Virus record (IMG/VR): IMGVR_UViG_3300045988_041382
Span: 9,104 to 73,103 of that record
Strand: one strand, 5' to 3'
Length of the DNA stretch: 64,000 nucleotides
Source: a virus
This document shows, piece after piece, positions 41,961 to 51,800 of the stretch (the stretch's first letter is position 1; every line of letters begins with the position of its first letter). Made by a program: the position numbers and the translations under genes. The notes below the pieces were generated by a model. That model made no database searches. It saw only the letters and a program-made list of their open reading frames with translations, and had not been told where the DNA came from.

Positions 41961-42147
41961 GCTTTCTGCTCCTTTCAGATTCATTTCATGGTCTGTTTCT
42001 ATCTGCCGCAATGCGTCAAGGCTCCCGCCGCTGCCCCGTTTACACGTCGGCGCATTGCATACCCTCCGGTTTCCCGGCACTGCCTTTTTTTGCTTTGACA
42101 ACGTCTCCTCTGGGACACACTTTTCAGGAGGTGCGAGGAGTCCTATA

Positions 42148-42222
42148 TGGCGCGGACGCGAGGGCTCGAACCCCGAACTGCGGTTTTGGAGACCGCCGTT
42201 TTCCCGGTTAAACTAAATCCGC
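42148..42222 (-). tRNA. tRNA-Trp(CCA): tRNA-Trp (anticodon CCA) embedded in the head module
   Basis: Manual cloverleaf on the minus strand: GCGGATT-TA-GTTT-AACCGGG-AAAC-G-GCGGT-CTCCAAA-ACCGC-AGTT-CGGGG-TTCGAGC-CCTCG-CGTCCGC-G-CCA. One 7-66 mismatch. Confidence 0.8.
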
Positions 42223-42226
42223 ATAT

Positions 42227-42255
42227 CCGGGGAGGGGCTTTCGCCCCTTCCCCGG
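42227..42255 (-). terminator. Stable GC hairpin (GAAA loop on the minus strand) between the capsid gene and tRNA-Trp
   Basis: The minus strand reads CCGGGGAAGGGGC-gaaa-GCCCCTCCCCGG and ends 4 nt before the tRNA 5-prime end. No U-tract follows. Confidence 0.5.
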
Positions 42256-42266
42256 TGTGGTTTTCC

Positions 42267-43484
42267 TTACACAGTGAAGTGCGCGATCTTGGACGCGAAC
42301 GTGGCCACAGAGTCCAGGGCGATGGTCAGGTTCAGGCCGATCTCGAAATCCCCGGTGCGGGTGGGATCCATCTCAATAGAGATGGGCGTGCCGCTGGTGT
42401 AGCCGATTGTCAGCGGCTTTCTGCCGTTGCCAGCCAGCATCCAGATGTCGTTCTCGCTGAGCATGGTCTCCACGGTGGTGTTCTGGGTGCCGGGGATGAT
42501 AACGTCCCGCATGGGCATCAGGCGCACCGCCATGAACTGGCCCAGGTAGCCGGCCTTGGTGTAGTCGGCGCCCAGCAGCGTGGCGATAGCGGCGTCCATA
42601 TTCACGTTGGTGGAGCCGGTCACGGTGTTGGGCAGCACCTTGCTCAGGGCCACGGTGCCGCCGGTGGCAAACACGTCGGAGATGGTGGTGTTGTTCAGCG
42701 CGGCGATCTTGTTGGCGCCCTTCACCCAGTTCTGGTTGTTGAAGGTGAAGTTCAGGTTGGTGGGGATCAGGCTGGTGTCCTCCGTGGCGGTGGTCATGGC
42801 CTCGTTCCACATACCCATGGTCTTGGCGTACATACCCGCCACCATGTTTGCGAAGAAAACGCCGAAGTCCATGTTCGTGCCAACCAGCTGCATCCACTTG
42901 GAAGTGATCCAGCAGCTCTTGGGGGTGGGGTTCAGCGTGTAATCGCGGGAATAGAAGCGGTTACGCGGCACGCTGCGGCTTGCGCCCCAGCTGGAGTCCT
43001 GGAAAACGGGGATGTCGTTGCTGCCGATGCTCACGGCGTAGGTCTGGCCCAGCTCGATCTCCACGGTCTCGGCGAAATCGCTCAGCGCCTCGGAGTACAC
43101 GGCAGGCAGAATGGGGATGATGACCTCCTGCCAGATGCCCTGCAGCACGGCGTAGAAGCGGGCGTTGCCGTAATACTCGCCGCCGTTGCGCTTGAACTCC
43201 TCCCAGCTCTCGGGGGCCTTCTTGCCGGTGCTGGCGCAGGCCAGTTTGGCGGCGTACAGAAGGCTCTCCCGCTGGAACTGCTCGTTCAGCTGCTTGTAGC
43301 CCCGGTCGTTCATGGTGCGCTGCACGGGGGTGTTCTGCCCCTTGGCGCTCAGAACGGCCATCTTGCCCTTCAGGGCGTGTTCATAAAACAGCACGCGGCC
43401 CTTGGCCACGATGTCCTCGCGCTGGTCGTTTCCGTTGATGGCGAAAACCTCATTGGAAACGCTGTTCAGGTTCAGCTTTGCCAT
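42267..43484 (-). CDS. Major capsid protein
   Basis: 405 aa. It sits after the scaffold-like gene, and a strong hairpin follows it. The call rests on position and size. Confidence 0.65.
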   Translation of the reverse strand: MAKLNLNSVSNEVFAINGNDQREDIVAKGRVLFYEHALKGKMAVLSAKGQNTPVQRTMNDRGYKQLNEQFQRESLLYAAKLACASTGKKAPESWEEFKRNGGEYYGNARFYAVLQGIWQEVIIPILPAVYSEALSDFAETVEIELGQTYAVSIGSNDIPVFQDSSWGASRSVPRNRFYSRDYTLNPTPKSCWITSKWMQLVGTNMDFGVFFANMVAGMYAKTMGMWNEAMTTATEDTSLIPTNLNFTFNNQNWVKGANKIAALNNTTISDVFATGGTVALSKVLPNTVTGSTNVNMDAAIATLLGADYTKAGYLGQFMAVRLMPMRDVIIPGTQNTTVETMLSENDIWMLAGNGRKPLTIGYTSGTPISIEMDPTRTGDFEIGLNLTIALDSVATFASKIAHFTV

Positions 43485-43507
43485 TTCTTACTCACTCTCC
43501 TCTCTTG

Positions 43508-44101
43508 TCACGCGGTCACGGTGCTGACCTTGCAGGCCCACACGTCGTAGTACACAAAGCTCTGCCCTGCGCCCTCGGTGAAGTTGCCGGTGCCCTTCAG
43601 CTTGAAGTAGATGGCGCCGGTGTCGGTGGGGGCGGCAGCGGCGGGCACCAGCAGGCCGTTGGCGATGGTGAAGATGGTGTTCGCGCCGATGGCGGCGCTC
43701 AGGTTGCCCTCGCCAAAGCGGTAGGCGTGCTTGCCGTCAAACACGATCTCGGTGAAGGTGCCGTCCCGGCCCGCAGGAACGCCCAGCCCCAGCGTGGCGG
43801 TGCCCACGGCGTAGTTGTTGCCGTTGCGTCCGCCCAGCATGGGCCAATCGTAGGTGTTGCAGGCGTACACGCCGGTGTCGGCGTTGGCGGCAGCGCCCGC
43901 AGCGTTCATGTAAAAGGCGTTCTCGTTCTTGATGCCCTTGAAGCCCGCACAGGGCAGCTGCTCGCCGCGCACCACCAGCAGGCCCGCGGAGCAGTCCGCA
44001 TCCGCATCGGACACCTGATAGCGTCCCGTGATGTTGCACAGTTCGTTGAACTCGTTGTTGGTGATCCGCGGCTCAAACGCGGTTTTCTCGATGTATGCCA
44101 T
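43508..44101 (-). CDS. Head-region protein (decoration or accessory)
   Basis: 197-aa ORF directly upstream of the capsid gene. Confidence 0.45.
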   Translation of the reverse strand: MAYIEKTAFEPRITNNEFNELCNITGRYQVSDADADCSAGLLVVRGEQLPCAGFKGIKNENAFYMNAAGAAANADTGVYACNTYDWPMLGGRNGNNYAVGTATLGLGVPAGRDGTFTEIVFDGKHAYRFGEGNLSAAIGANTIFTIANGLLVPAAAAPTDTGAIYFKLKGTGNFTEGAGQSFVYYDVWACKVSTVTA

Positions 44102-44124
44102 GTTTGTTCACTCTCCTTTTCGTT

Positions 44125-45519
44125 TTACTTGCCGGTGTCGATGCCCCACTTGTTCAGCAGAGCGTCCACACCCTCGCTTCCCTCGCCGCTGTTGCCGGCG
44201 ATGTGCTCCCAGGCATAGGTGGTCTTGCGCTTCTGTGCGCTGCGCTTGTCGCTCTCCATTACGGCCTCGCCGCACACGGCCAGCACCGCCTCGCGCACCA
44301 GCTTCTCGCCCAGCCACGCACCGTCCTTGTCGCAGCTGTTGGCGTACAGTCCGGCCTCGATGTTCTCATTCACCGCCTTGATGGCGTCCTCCGCCACCTT
44401 TTCCTCTCGGTTGGCGTTGAAAGCCTCCAGCGTAGCCTTGGCGGAAGCCTTGCAGGCACTCAGCCGGCGCTTGCTCTCGGCCTCCTGCATGGCGCTGATC
44501 TGCTTATTGGCGGCTTCCAGCTTGGCGTTCAGGCTCTTCACATCGCCGTCGGTCTCCTTCACGGAGGCCACGGTGTAGTCCACCACGTCCGCCACATCGG
44601 CGTTCAGCTCCACCTCGCCCACGCTCAGCACGATGTGCGCCGCGCAGGGCATGATCTTGCTGGCGATCACCTCTCCGTTGTCGTCAGCGTTAAAGGTGTA
44701 GCCGAAAAGATTGCCGGAAGCGTCCAGCAGTGCCACGTTCAGCCCGTCCTCGCTCATGGAGAGCACCTTGTGGTTGGGGAACTTGGTCTGCATCTTCTCC
44801 ATTGCTCTCTTGTTCATGTTGCTTTTCACTCCTTTTTTTGTGTTTTTGTCGGGTTCCTTGCCGTCGCTGCCCTCTGCGGCTGTGTGCAGCGACGCGGCCC
44901 GCAGTTTCAATTCCTTAAATTCCTCCTGCATGGCCGCCAGCTTTGCGATGCTCGCACCCGGTATCGCCGGGTTTACCCTGTCGCCCAGAATGGTCACGCC
45001 TATGCCCGACCATTTGGTAAACACGTCCACATCGTCCTCTTTGTGGCTCTCCGACACCATTGTCTCGGCGGAAACATCCATCGTGCCCTGTTCAGCGATG
45101 CGTTTCACCAGCTCCGGGGCGTAAAAAGCAAATAGCCGTCCCTTCGCTCTGAGCCATGTATGACCGCCCCTCTCCACAAGGGTAAAGTCCTTTTCGTCGT
45201 CGGACAGCGTTCCCACGATGCGCTCCGCCGTCCCCTCCATGAAGGATTGGTACTCCTCCCCGGTCTTGGGATCCCGGCGCTTGCTCATGTTGTGTCCGTC
45301 CCCCACCTGCTGCCCCACATAAGCGATCAGGATGGGCTGCCCGATGAAGGTCTTGTAGTAGTCCCGCAGGTTCTGATACGACCAGCGGTTGTTGTTCTCA
45401 CCCTCTCTTATCACCCACAGATCCACGCCGAACTCGTACTCGTTGAGCCGCTGCATCACCTTTAGGGTGCCGCTGGCGCACATTTTCTTGGGCATGGCCT
45501 TGGTTTTCAGCGTGCTCAT
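44125..45519 (-). CDS. Scaffold / head-maturation-like protein
   Basis: 464 aa, with a coiled-coil Ala/Lys/Glu-rich C-terminal half. It lies between the portal region and the capsid gene. Confidence 0.5.
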   Translation of the reverse strand: MSTLKTKAMPKKMCASGTLKVMQRLNEYEFGVDLWVIREGENNNRWSYQNLRDYYKTFIGQPILIAYVGQQVGDGHNMSKRRDPKTGEEYQSFMEGTAERIVGTLSDDEKDFTLVERGGHTWLRAKGRLFAFYAPELVKRIAEQGTMDVSAETMVSESHKEDDVDVFTKWSGIGVTILGDRVNPAIPGASIAKLAAMQEEFKELKLRAASLHTAAEGSDGKEPDKNTKKGVKSNMNKRAMEKMQTKFPNHKVLSMSEDGLNVALLDASGNLFGYTFNADDNGEVIASKIMPCAAHIVLSVGEVELNADVADVVDYTVASVKETDGDVKSLNAKLEAANKQISAMQEAESKRRLSACKASAKATLEAFNANREEKVAEDAIKAVNENIEAGLYANSCDKDGAWLGEKLVREAVLAVCGEAVMESDKRSAQKRKTTYAWEHIAGNSGEGSEGVDALLNKWGIDTGK

Positions 45520-46052
45520 TCGTCCTCACCGCCTTCAAACAGTTTTCTGCACCAGCTGTCAAAGGTGGCGCGGCTCATACCGCCCTGGTCCCACATGGTC
45601 CAGGCATCCAGCAGCTTGCGCCTGTCGTCGGTGTTGGCGATCTGCAGCTCCTCCGCCTTCAGGGAAAGCGCGTTGAACTCCCCGTCCGCCGCGGCGCGGA
45701 TAAATCCGCCCAGTGCTTCGTTGACACCGTCCACAATGGCCACGCACACCTCGAATACCCGGTCCAGGTCGTTGTCAAAGTCCTCGTCCAGCTCCGGCGT
45801 ACCGGGGTACATCAGCCGCAGGTGGTAGTCGTGGGGTATCTCCGCGAACTCGTCTATCCGCTCAGGCTGCTTATGCTCCAGTTTGTGAATCGCATCCGAC
45901 AGAAACGGCATACCCATGTCGCACAGCACCCGGTCCTTGATGTCCGCAAACCACTTTTCCGCATTGCCGTATGCCTCCATCACCCGGCGCATCGGCTCCC
46001 GCATAGGTGCGAACCGCGGGTTATCCCAGCTGGCGTATTCCTGTGCTCTCAT
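45516..46052 (-). CDS. Hypothetical protein
   Basis: The start MRAQEYASWDN follows RBS gggagtgaggac. Confidence 0.5.
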   Translation of the reverse strand: MRAQEYASWDNPRFAPMREPMRRVMEAYGNAEKWFADIKDRVLCDMGMPFLSDAIHKLEHKQPERIDEFAEIPHDYHLRLMYPGTPELDEDFDNDLDRVFEVCVAIVDGVNEALGGFIRAAADGEFNALSLKAEELQIANTDDRRKLLDAWTMWDQGGMSRATFDSWCRKLFEGGEDE

Positions 46053-46272
46053 GTCCTCACTCCCTCTCTCCGCAAAATAAAAATGGGGCCGCAGCCGGTG
46101 TTCTCCACCGGCGCAGCCCCATTTGGCTTTCCCCGCAGCCCCTTTGCCGCGGTTATCCACTTTTCACGGCCATTGCGCCTACCTCAATACCCCGCGCATC
46201 CGCGCAAGCCTTCGGTCACAGCAGCCGCATTCTCTGTTTTCGTTCCCCACTGTCGCAGGGGCTCTCGCCGCC

Positions 46273-46449
46273 CTATCGGTCTGTCGGCATCGGCAGTGCC
46301 GTGCCTTTCTTTTTCTTCACCGTGTGTACGGTGTGTGCCTTTATGGCCAGTCCCTCAGCCGTCCGGCGTATCTCCACGTCGTTCCCCCGGGCCAGCTCCC
46401 GGTTGATCTCGTGCAGGTCGTCCGCCGTCAGTATTGCCGTCATGCCCAT
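46273..46449 (-). CDS. Possible 58-aa protein
   Basis: My translation starts MGMTAILTADDLHEINRELARGNDVEIRRTAEGLAIKAHTVHTVKKKKG... Confidence 0.35.
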   Translation of the reverse strand: MGMTAILTADDLHEINRELARGNDVEIRRTAEGLAIKAHTVHTVKKKKGTALPMPTDR

Positions 46450-46455
46450 TTCTTC

Positions 46456-48246
46456 TCAGCCTCCCGCGTCCTCTGACGCTTCCTGTCCCTCGGTCCCCGG
46501 CGCCCCTTCCGATGCCGGTCTCCCTCCGGGGTTCATGTCGTGGGCCGCCTGCGGCGGCAGTCCGCTTTCGCTCTGCTTGGCGTTGTAGCTGGTCACAAGG
46601 GGCAGCCGCAGGTCCATAATGCCGCTTTCTTTCACCGCACGGCTGATGGCCATGTCGTCCATCACGCTCATGTCCAGCATCGCCATGTAAAGCATGGTCT
46701 GGGGCAGTATGCCCAGCGTCATGCCCTGTCTGGCGTTTTCAAAGGTCTTTTCGTCCTCCGCGATGTTGCCAAACATGGCGAATCTCCATGAATACTTCAG
46801 GTTCAGCCCGTCCATGATGCCCTGCATCATGCGCTCATAGCACCGGTATATCTGCTCGGCAAACTTGCTCTCTATCTGCAAACTGATATTCGCCACGCCC
46901 GCCCGCGGCTCGTCGCTGGTGGGTATCAGTGCGCTCAGTCCCGCCTTCGCCATGGTGTATCCGTACCCGGCAGAGCTTATCTTCGTGGCGCTGGGAGCCT
47001 CGGCCAGCTGGTGAAGTTCCATGTTCTTCAGCGGCGCGGCGTACCAGCCTATGCCACTGGTGTTGTTCTCCGCCAGTTCGTCGTAAAACCGCGTGCGGAA
47101 AAGCTCCCACCCTGCGTTGCTCAGCTTGTAGCTATCCGACTGCTGTCTCGTGCTGTTGTCGTCGTATTCGATCTCGCCCGTCAGCAGAGAGATCAGCGGG
47201 TTCTGTACCAGTTCCAGCTGTATCTGCTCATACTGCGCGATCTGGATAAACGACAGGAAAAGTCCCGTCAGAGGCGATACAACCGCCGTCTGCGCGTCGT
47301 CTATCTCAAAGGGATATACGGCATCCACCGGCAGCGTCACCCAGTAGCACCATTTTCCGTTCTGGTAGTATACGTCCGGGTCTCCCGGCAGCACGCCGCC
47401 TCCCTGCTCCGCTGCTGTTTTCAGCTCGGTAAAGCGGTTCATATTGATGGTGTTTTTCGCCGCGTATACATACCGGGTGCCCGTGCCCTTGGGCGGTCTC
47501 GCCGCCACCTGGGTGAATATGCCCCAGTAGGGCTTAAACAGGTCTCCGAACTGCGCCGGCTCACATCCAGGCTTCAGAAAGTACATCATGTTAAAGGCCA
47601 CGGTGTACTTCGACACGCTGTTAAATCCCACGATCTTTATCCAGTCGCTGGGCAACTGCTGCATAAAAGCGTAGTTCACCTTGTTGTGTGGCTTGTCCAC
47701 GCTCACGCGGGGGTAGTAGAATACTTTGCCCTCCTGCACCGCCTGCCCCGCCAGCTTGTGGGCCGTGGTCTTTACGTCCAGCTTGCGCCGCAGTTTCTCC
47801 AGCAGCTTCCACTCCCGCCAGAACTCGTCGTTCTTCGCCGTGTCTTTATCGGTGAACTCCGGTGCGATGTAGCTGTGATACGTCAGCAGATCCTGGTACA
47901 TCTTCCGGGTGTGGAAAAGCGGATAGGCCGTAAATTCCAGCCCGTGCTCCACCTGCCGCAGCCCCTGCTCGTTGCCAAGCGGGGCGGTCAGCATCTCTGC
48001 CACCGTATTCTTGGTATAGTCCTCCGGCAGCGAGGAAATGGCCTGCACCCTTCGGTTCTGAATGTAGGGGTTCACCCGTGCCGACTGGCTCATGCTCACC
48101 CGGCTGAAGGCGCTGGCCAGCGCCCCTGCCGGCATATTGCCGTACTGCTCCGCCAGCGCGTTGAACCGCTGAAATATCTCCGGGTAGGTGCCGCAGGCTA
48201 CGCTCTGCAATTCACTTGTCAGATTCCTCCGCTTCTCCTGCTCCAT
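46456..48246 (-). CDS. Portal protein
   Basis: 596 aa, downstream of the large terminase with an acidic C-terminus. The call rests on position and size. Confidence 0.7.
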   Translation of the reverse strand: MEQEKRRNLTSELQSVACGTYPEIFQRFNALAEQYGNMPAGALASAFSRVSMSQSARVNPYIQNRRVQAISSLPEDYTKNTVAEMLTAPLGNEQGLRQVEHGLEFTAYPLFHTRKMYQDLLTYHSYIAPEFTDKDTAKNDEFWREWKLLEKLRRKLDVKTTAHKLAGQAVQEGKVFYYPRVSVDKPHNKVNYAFMQQLPSDWIKIVGFNSVSKYTVAFNMMYFLKPGCEPAQFGDLFKPYWGIFTQVAARPPKGTGTRYVYAAKNTINMNRFTELKTAAEQGGGVLPGDPDVYYQNGKWCYWVTLPVDAVYPFEIDDAQTAVVSPLTGLFLSFIQIAQYEQIQLELVQNPLISLLTGEIEYDDNSTRQQSDSYKLSNAGWELFRTRFYDELAENNTSGIGWYAAPLKNMELHQLAEAPSATKISSAGYGYTMAKAGLSALIPTSDEPRAGVANISLQIESKFAEQIYRCYERMMQGIMDGLNLKYSWRFAMFGNIAEDEKTFENARQGMTLGILPQTMLYMAMLDMSVMDDMAISRAVKESGIMDLRLPLVTSYNAKQSESGLPPQAAHDMNPGGRPASEGAPGTEGQEASEDAGG

Positions 48247-48583
48247 GCGCCGCCTCCTCGTCTATGCGGGAGCGCTCTTTTTCCAGCTCCCTCTCCCACG
48301 CATCCAGCAGCTCGTTCAGCCGCTTCTGCGTGTCAGCCCTGTTCTTTTTCACCCCGTCCGCCAGCGCCGCTGCGATGCAGTCCGCCAGCCACAGCCGGTC
48401 TCGCTCCGTCAGGCGCTTCAGGTCTGCGCCTTTGATCTCCACCGTCTGCATTTTTTTCGGCGCCGTAGTGCGGTACAGCAGCATATACCCCGCCGTTATC
48501 CGCACAAAGCGCTCCTTTTCCGCCAGCGCCACCGTTTCGCCTGTCACCCGCGCCGCGTACAGTCTGTACTTCCTTGCCGCCAT
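48212..48583 (-). CDS. Hypothetical protein
   Basis: 123-aa ORF between the terminase and portal genes. Confidence 0.5.
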   Translation of the reverse strand: MAARKYRLYAARVTGETVALAEKERFVRITAGYMLLYRTTAPKKMQTVEIKGADLKRLTERDRLWLADCIAAALADGVKKNRADTQKRLNELLDAWERELEKERSRIDEEAAHGAGEAEESDK

Positions 48584-48584
48584 T

Positions 48585-50441
48585 TCAGCATATCCTCCCG
48601 CCGCGCCGCGCCGTCACCGTGCGGCCTCCCGCGCCGGCTGCCGCCGCTCTGTGCGGTGCTGCGGCGCGGTTTTTGTATTTTGCCAGTTCCGCGTCCCAGT
48701 CGCTCTTATGCCGCACCGCCTGCGCCAGTTCCTCGCGCTCCAGTATCTGCGCCACCCGCAGCGCATATTTCAGTGCTGACCATATATCGCGCTGTATGTG
48801 CTTGCTTATCCGTTCTTCCTTTTGGGTCGTGCCGCTGGCCACCTTTTTCAGGTTCTGTATCTGCCCCACCAGTTCCCGGGTCTTTATGTAGGGGTCGGCC
48901 AGCATGGCATCCATGCTGTCGTCCTTGATCCGGTGGTACTTCTTGTAGTTCTCCACGCCCTCGTTCACATTAGAGCACAGCAGTTCCACATTCCGGTTCT
49001 CGAATTGCAGCTCCGCGTACCGCACCATCTCCGCGTCCGGGTCCGTCACGCCCGCGCCGCCCGCCTTGATGGGGTACAGGCACGGCACGGCGTTTTCCTG
49101 CTCCAGCTCCGTAAAGCTGGCGTGGTTCCGCACGCACAGCGGCGCAAGGCCGTCACCAAGGTCCATCATCAGGTTTTCTACCACGCTGGTGCCGTACTGC
49201 CATGCGTCTATTGCCAGGTATGTCGCGGCCCCTCCGTCGCAGCAGAAGCGGCTCCACACGTCCTTGATCCGCTGCGCCTGCATCATGCTCTTTACCGGTG
49301 GGTTCCAAACGTCCACATACACCACCTGCTTCAGGTAGCGGTCCCGCTTCAGCCAGTCCGTTTGACGTGTGCATTTCAGCACCACGCAGGCGCATTTTGC
49401 GTTCTTCTTGTCGTCGGCGTAGGATACGTCGTACCCCACGATGTAAATCACGTCCTCCGGCTTCAGTTTGTTGCCTATGTCGTAGGCGCAGTGCCGGTTC
49501 TCCGCGATCATCAGTTTGCGGCACTCTGTCAGCACCTCGTCCCGCACGATAGGATTGCTGTCCGCCCCGGTATAGCGGCCCTCGAACTCGCGCATCCACT
49601 TTTCCGCCGTGCATGTTCGTTTTCGCTTCATTGCCCAATCGAATGGCCGCATCTGCTGCAGTATCACGCACTCCCACGATATGTCATAGGCAAAAGCGCT
49701 CTCAGCCGCCAGCATGGCCTTCATGTTCTCGCATCGCGTTTCGTAAGCATGGTTCTGCTTCCGCCCCGCACTGGTAATGGCGTGGTCTTTGTAGGGGATA
49801 TAGTTGGGGTCTGGCTTTCCGTTCACATTATGTGTCAGGCGCACCGCAGGCAGCACCACCGTTGTATATTCATTGAAATCGAATGCCGGATTCTCCTCCT
49901 GGGCGTACTCCTCCGCCGTCACGTCATGCAGGTTGTCTCCTCGCATAGCGGATATGTAAAAAGCACTCCCGCAGTCGGTCTCTATCTTGAAGTCATCCTT
50001 ACTCTCCGCCGTCACCCGCCACTGCTTCGCCAGTGCCGGGTAATCGTGCTCAATCTGCTTGAACGTCTTGCTTCCTATAGTGGCCAGTTGCTTGTAGCTT
50101 GGCCCATAGTATGCACTTTGCGTCCCCGGCCATACCAGCCCGTTTACCAGTGCATATTTGAATTTTGTGTTAGTCTTTGTCATGCCGCGGGTTCCCGTAA
50201 ACGATGCTGAGGCTTTCCGGGCGTATACCCGCATCATCACCCGCTGCAGCAGTTCTTCATTTCCAAAGTCCGCCTCTGTGCTCCTGAATATATCGCACGC
50301 CTTATCCGGGTACCATCTGAATACCCACATAATAAAGGCCCAGAAAGCATCCTCATAGTTTTTGTAGCTGCGCTCCTGTGTGGGCTTTTTTGTCACCCAG
50401 CCAAGACCAGCCACATACGCTTTACCCGTTCGCCTCGCCAT
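48585..50441 (-). CDS. Terminase large subunit
   Basis: 618 aa. Walker-A-like FTGTRGMTKT is present, with nuclease-domain acidic motifs IVGYDVSYADD and LAIDAWQYG. Confidence 0.8.
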   Translation of the reverse strand: MARRTGKAYVAGLGWVTKKPTQERSYKNYEDAFWAFIMWVFRWYPDKACDIFRSTEADFGNEELLQRVMMRVYARKASASFTGTRGMTKTNTKFKYALVNGLVWPGTQSAYYGPSYKQLATIGSKTFKQIEHDYPALAKQWRVTAESKDDFKIETDCGSAFYISAMRGDNLHDVTAEEYAQEENPAFDFNEYTTVVLPAVRLTHNVNGKPDPNYIPYKDHAITSAGRKQNHAYETRCENMKAMLAAESAFAYDISWECVILQQMRPFDWAMKRKRTCTAEKWMREFEGRYTGADSNPIVRDEVLTECRKLMIAENRHCAYDIGNKLKPEDVIYIVGYDVSYADDKKNAKCACVVLKCTRQTDWLKRDRYLKQVVYVDVWNPPVKSMMQAQRIKDVWSRFCCDGGAATYLAIDAWQYGTSVVENLMMDLGDGLAPLCVRNHASFTELEQENAVPCLYPIKAGGAGVTDPDAEMVRYAELQFENRNVELLCSNVNEGVENYKKYHRIKDDSMDAMLADPYIKTRELVGQIQNLKKVASGTTQKEERISKHIQRDIWSALKYALRVAQILEREELAQAVRHKSDWDAELAKYKNRAAAPHRAAAAGAGGRTVTARRGGRIC

Positions 50442-51441
50442 CGGTGTTCACATCCTCTGCGTCCGCTTTCGGCTTACCCGGCTTTTTCTTCTTTTTCACC
50501 GGGCGCATCCGCACCAGCCCCAGCTTTTCGTAGGCTTCCTTCTCCGCCTCGTTGGGTTTCTCTGCAAACTCACCCAAATTGTCCTCCAGCCGCATCTCGT
50601 CCGGCAGCTCTGTCAGCTCCGGCAGTCCGTCGTTCTGCCGCATCCGGTTTTCGTTTATCAGTATCATCTGGTCGGCAGCATCCCGCGTGTAGGGGTATTT
50701 GCACGGCCTGCCGAAAAATATACGGAACGCCTCGTCCGGTTCGCAGGGCTTCCCGTTTTTCAGCAGTCCTGCCCGCTCCAGCGCCACCACCATGTTGTCC
50801 AGCCGCAGGTCCTCCACCGGTTTTGTGTCCTTCTTCCGCAGGTTTTCCGACGCCAGGTTCTCCTGTATCATGCTGGATAGCTTCTTGGCCTTGTCTATGG
50901 CGCCCATCTCCGCAGCGTCATTCATCTGCTTCGTCCACTTTGCAACGTTGCGGAGTATCAGCTGCTGCTTGGCGCTCACCGCCTGCTCTCCGCCGAAGTC
51001 AGCGCACAGCGCGTTGTAGATCCGGTCAAACTCGTTGTAGTCCTCGCTGGTGTATGGCACTTTCCCCGTGCCCTCGCCCCAGTCTGCGGCCTGTCGCTTG
51101 GTGCCCTGCCTGCCATCCCGTGCGCTTTTCTCCGCGCTCACCGCCTTGGTGAAGTTGCCGTTCTCCAGCCCCTCTCCGAATATCTTGGTGATGTCCGTCA
51201 GCCCATCGAGAAAGCCCAGCTCTCCGCCTCCCGGCGTCCGGTCCAGCTTTTTCTTTGCCAGCTTATCGCAGTAGGTCGTCCACTTGTTTTTGCTCCCGCT
51301 TGCCGGCAGCGCGTTCATGTCAAAGGGTTTGTTGAAGCGTATGCAGGCATAAAAATAAGCCAAACTTTCCCCCACCGCATCATTAAGCTGGTCGTAATAC
51401 GCCTGCTGCTTTTCCGCGTCCATAGGTAAAAGTTCGGCCAT
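50422..51441 (-). CDS. Terminase small subunit (by position)
   Basis: 339 aa, immediately upstream of and overlapping the large subunit gene. Lys-rich C-terminus. Confidence 0.5.
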   Translation of the reverse strand: MAELLPMDAEKQQAYYDQLNDAVGESLAYFYACIRFNKPFDMNALPASGSKNKWTTYCDKLAKKKLDRTPGGGELGFLDGLTDITKIFGEGLENGNFTKAVSAEKSARDGRQGTKRQAADWGEGTGKVPYTSEDYNEFDRIYNALCADFGGEQAVSAKQQLILRNVAKWTKQMNDAAEMGAIDKAKKLSSMIQENLASENLRKKDTKPVEDLRLDNMVVALERAGLLKNGKPCEPDEAFRIFFGRPCKYPYTRDAADQMILINENRMRQNDGLPELTELPDEMRLEDNLGEFAEKPNEAEKEAYEKLGLVRMRPVKKKKKPGKPKADAEDVNTDGEANG

Positions 51442-51463
51442 CCTGCGCTCCTTTCGGATAGTA

Positions 51464-51508
51464 AAAATGGTACAAAAGAGAATTATCCACTTTCTCGTGT
51501 ACCATTTT
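51464..51508 (-). terminator. 11-bp-stem hairpin upstream of the packaging genes
   Basis: AAAATGGTACA ... TGTACCATTTT. It lies between the XRE gene and the small terminase gene. Confidence 0.45.
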
Positions 51509-51578
51509 CGCAGATATTCACTTGTGTAATTCCCTTTTACGCAACTTTTGAAATTTTTCTTTTATCCGGTAATAAATC

Positions 51579-51800
51579 TCATGTTTCCTCGTCCCTCCCC
51601 AGCAGATAGTCAATGGTCACGCCGAAGAAGTCCGCCAGCGCCGCCAGCGCCGTGGCCTTCGGCTCCATCTCGCCGCGCTCGTAGCGGCTTATCATGCTCT
51701 TGTTCATGCCGCACAGCTCCGCCAGCACGCAGCGCTTCATGTGCTTTCGCTCCCGCAGCTGCCGCAGCCGCTTGGCAAATATCTCATTTCCCGCCATCAC
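51579..51800 (-). CDS. XRE-family HTH regulator
   Basis: FAKRLRQLRERKHMKRCVLAELCGMNKSMISRYERGEMEP is a classic Cro/CI-type HTH. Confidence 0.8.
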   Translation of the reverse strand: MMAGNEIFAKRLRQLRERKHMKRCVLAELCGMNKSMISRYERGEMEPKATALAALADFFGVTIDYLLGRDEET

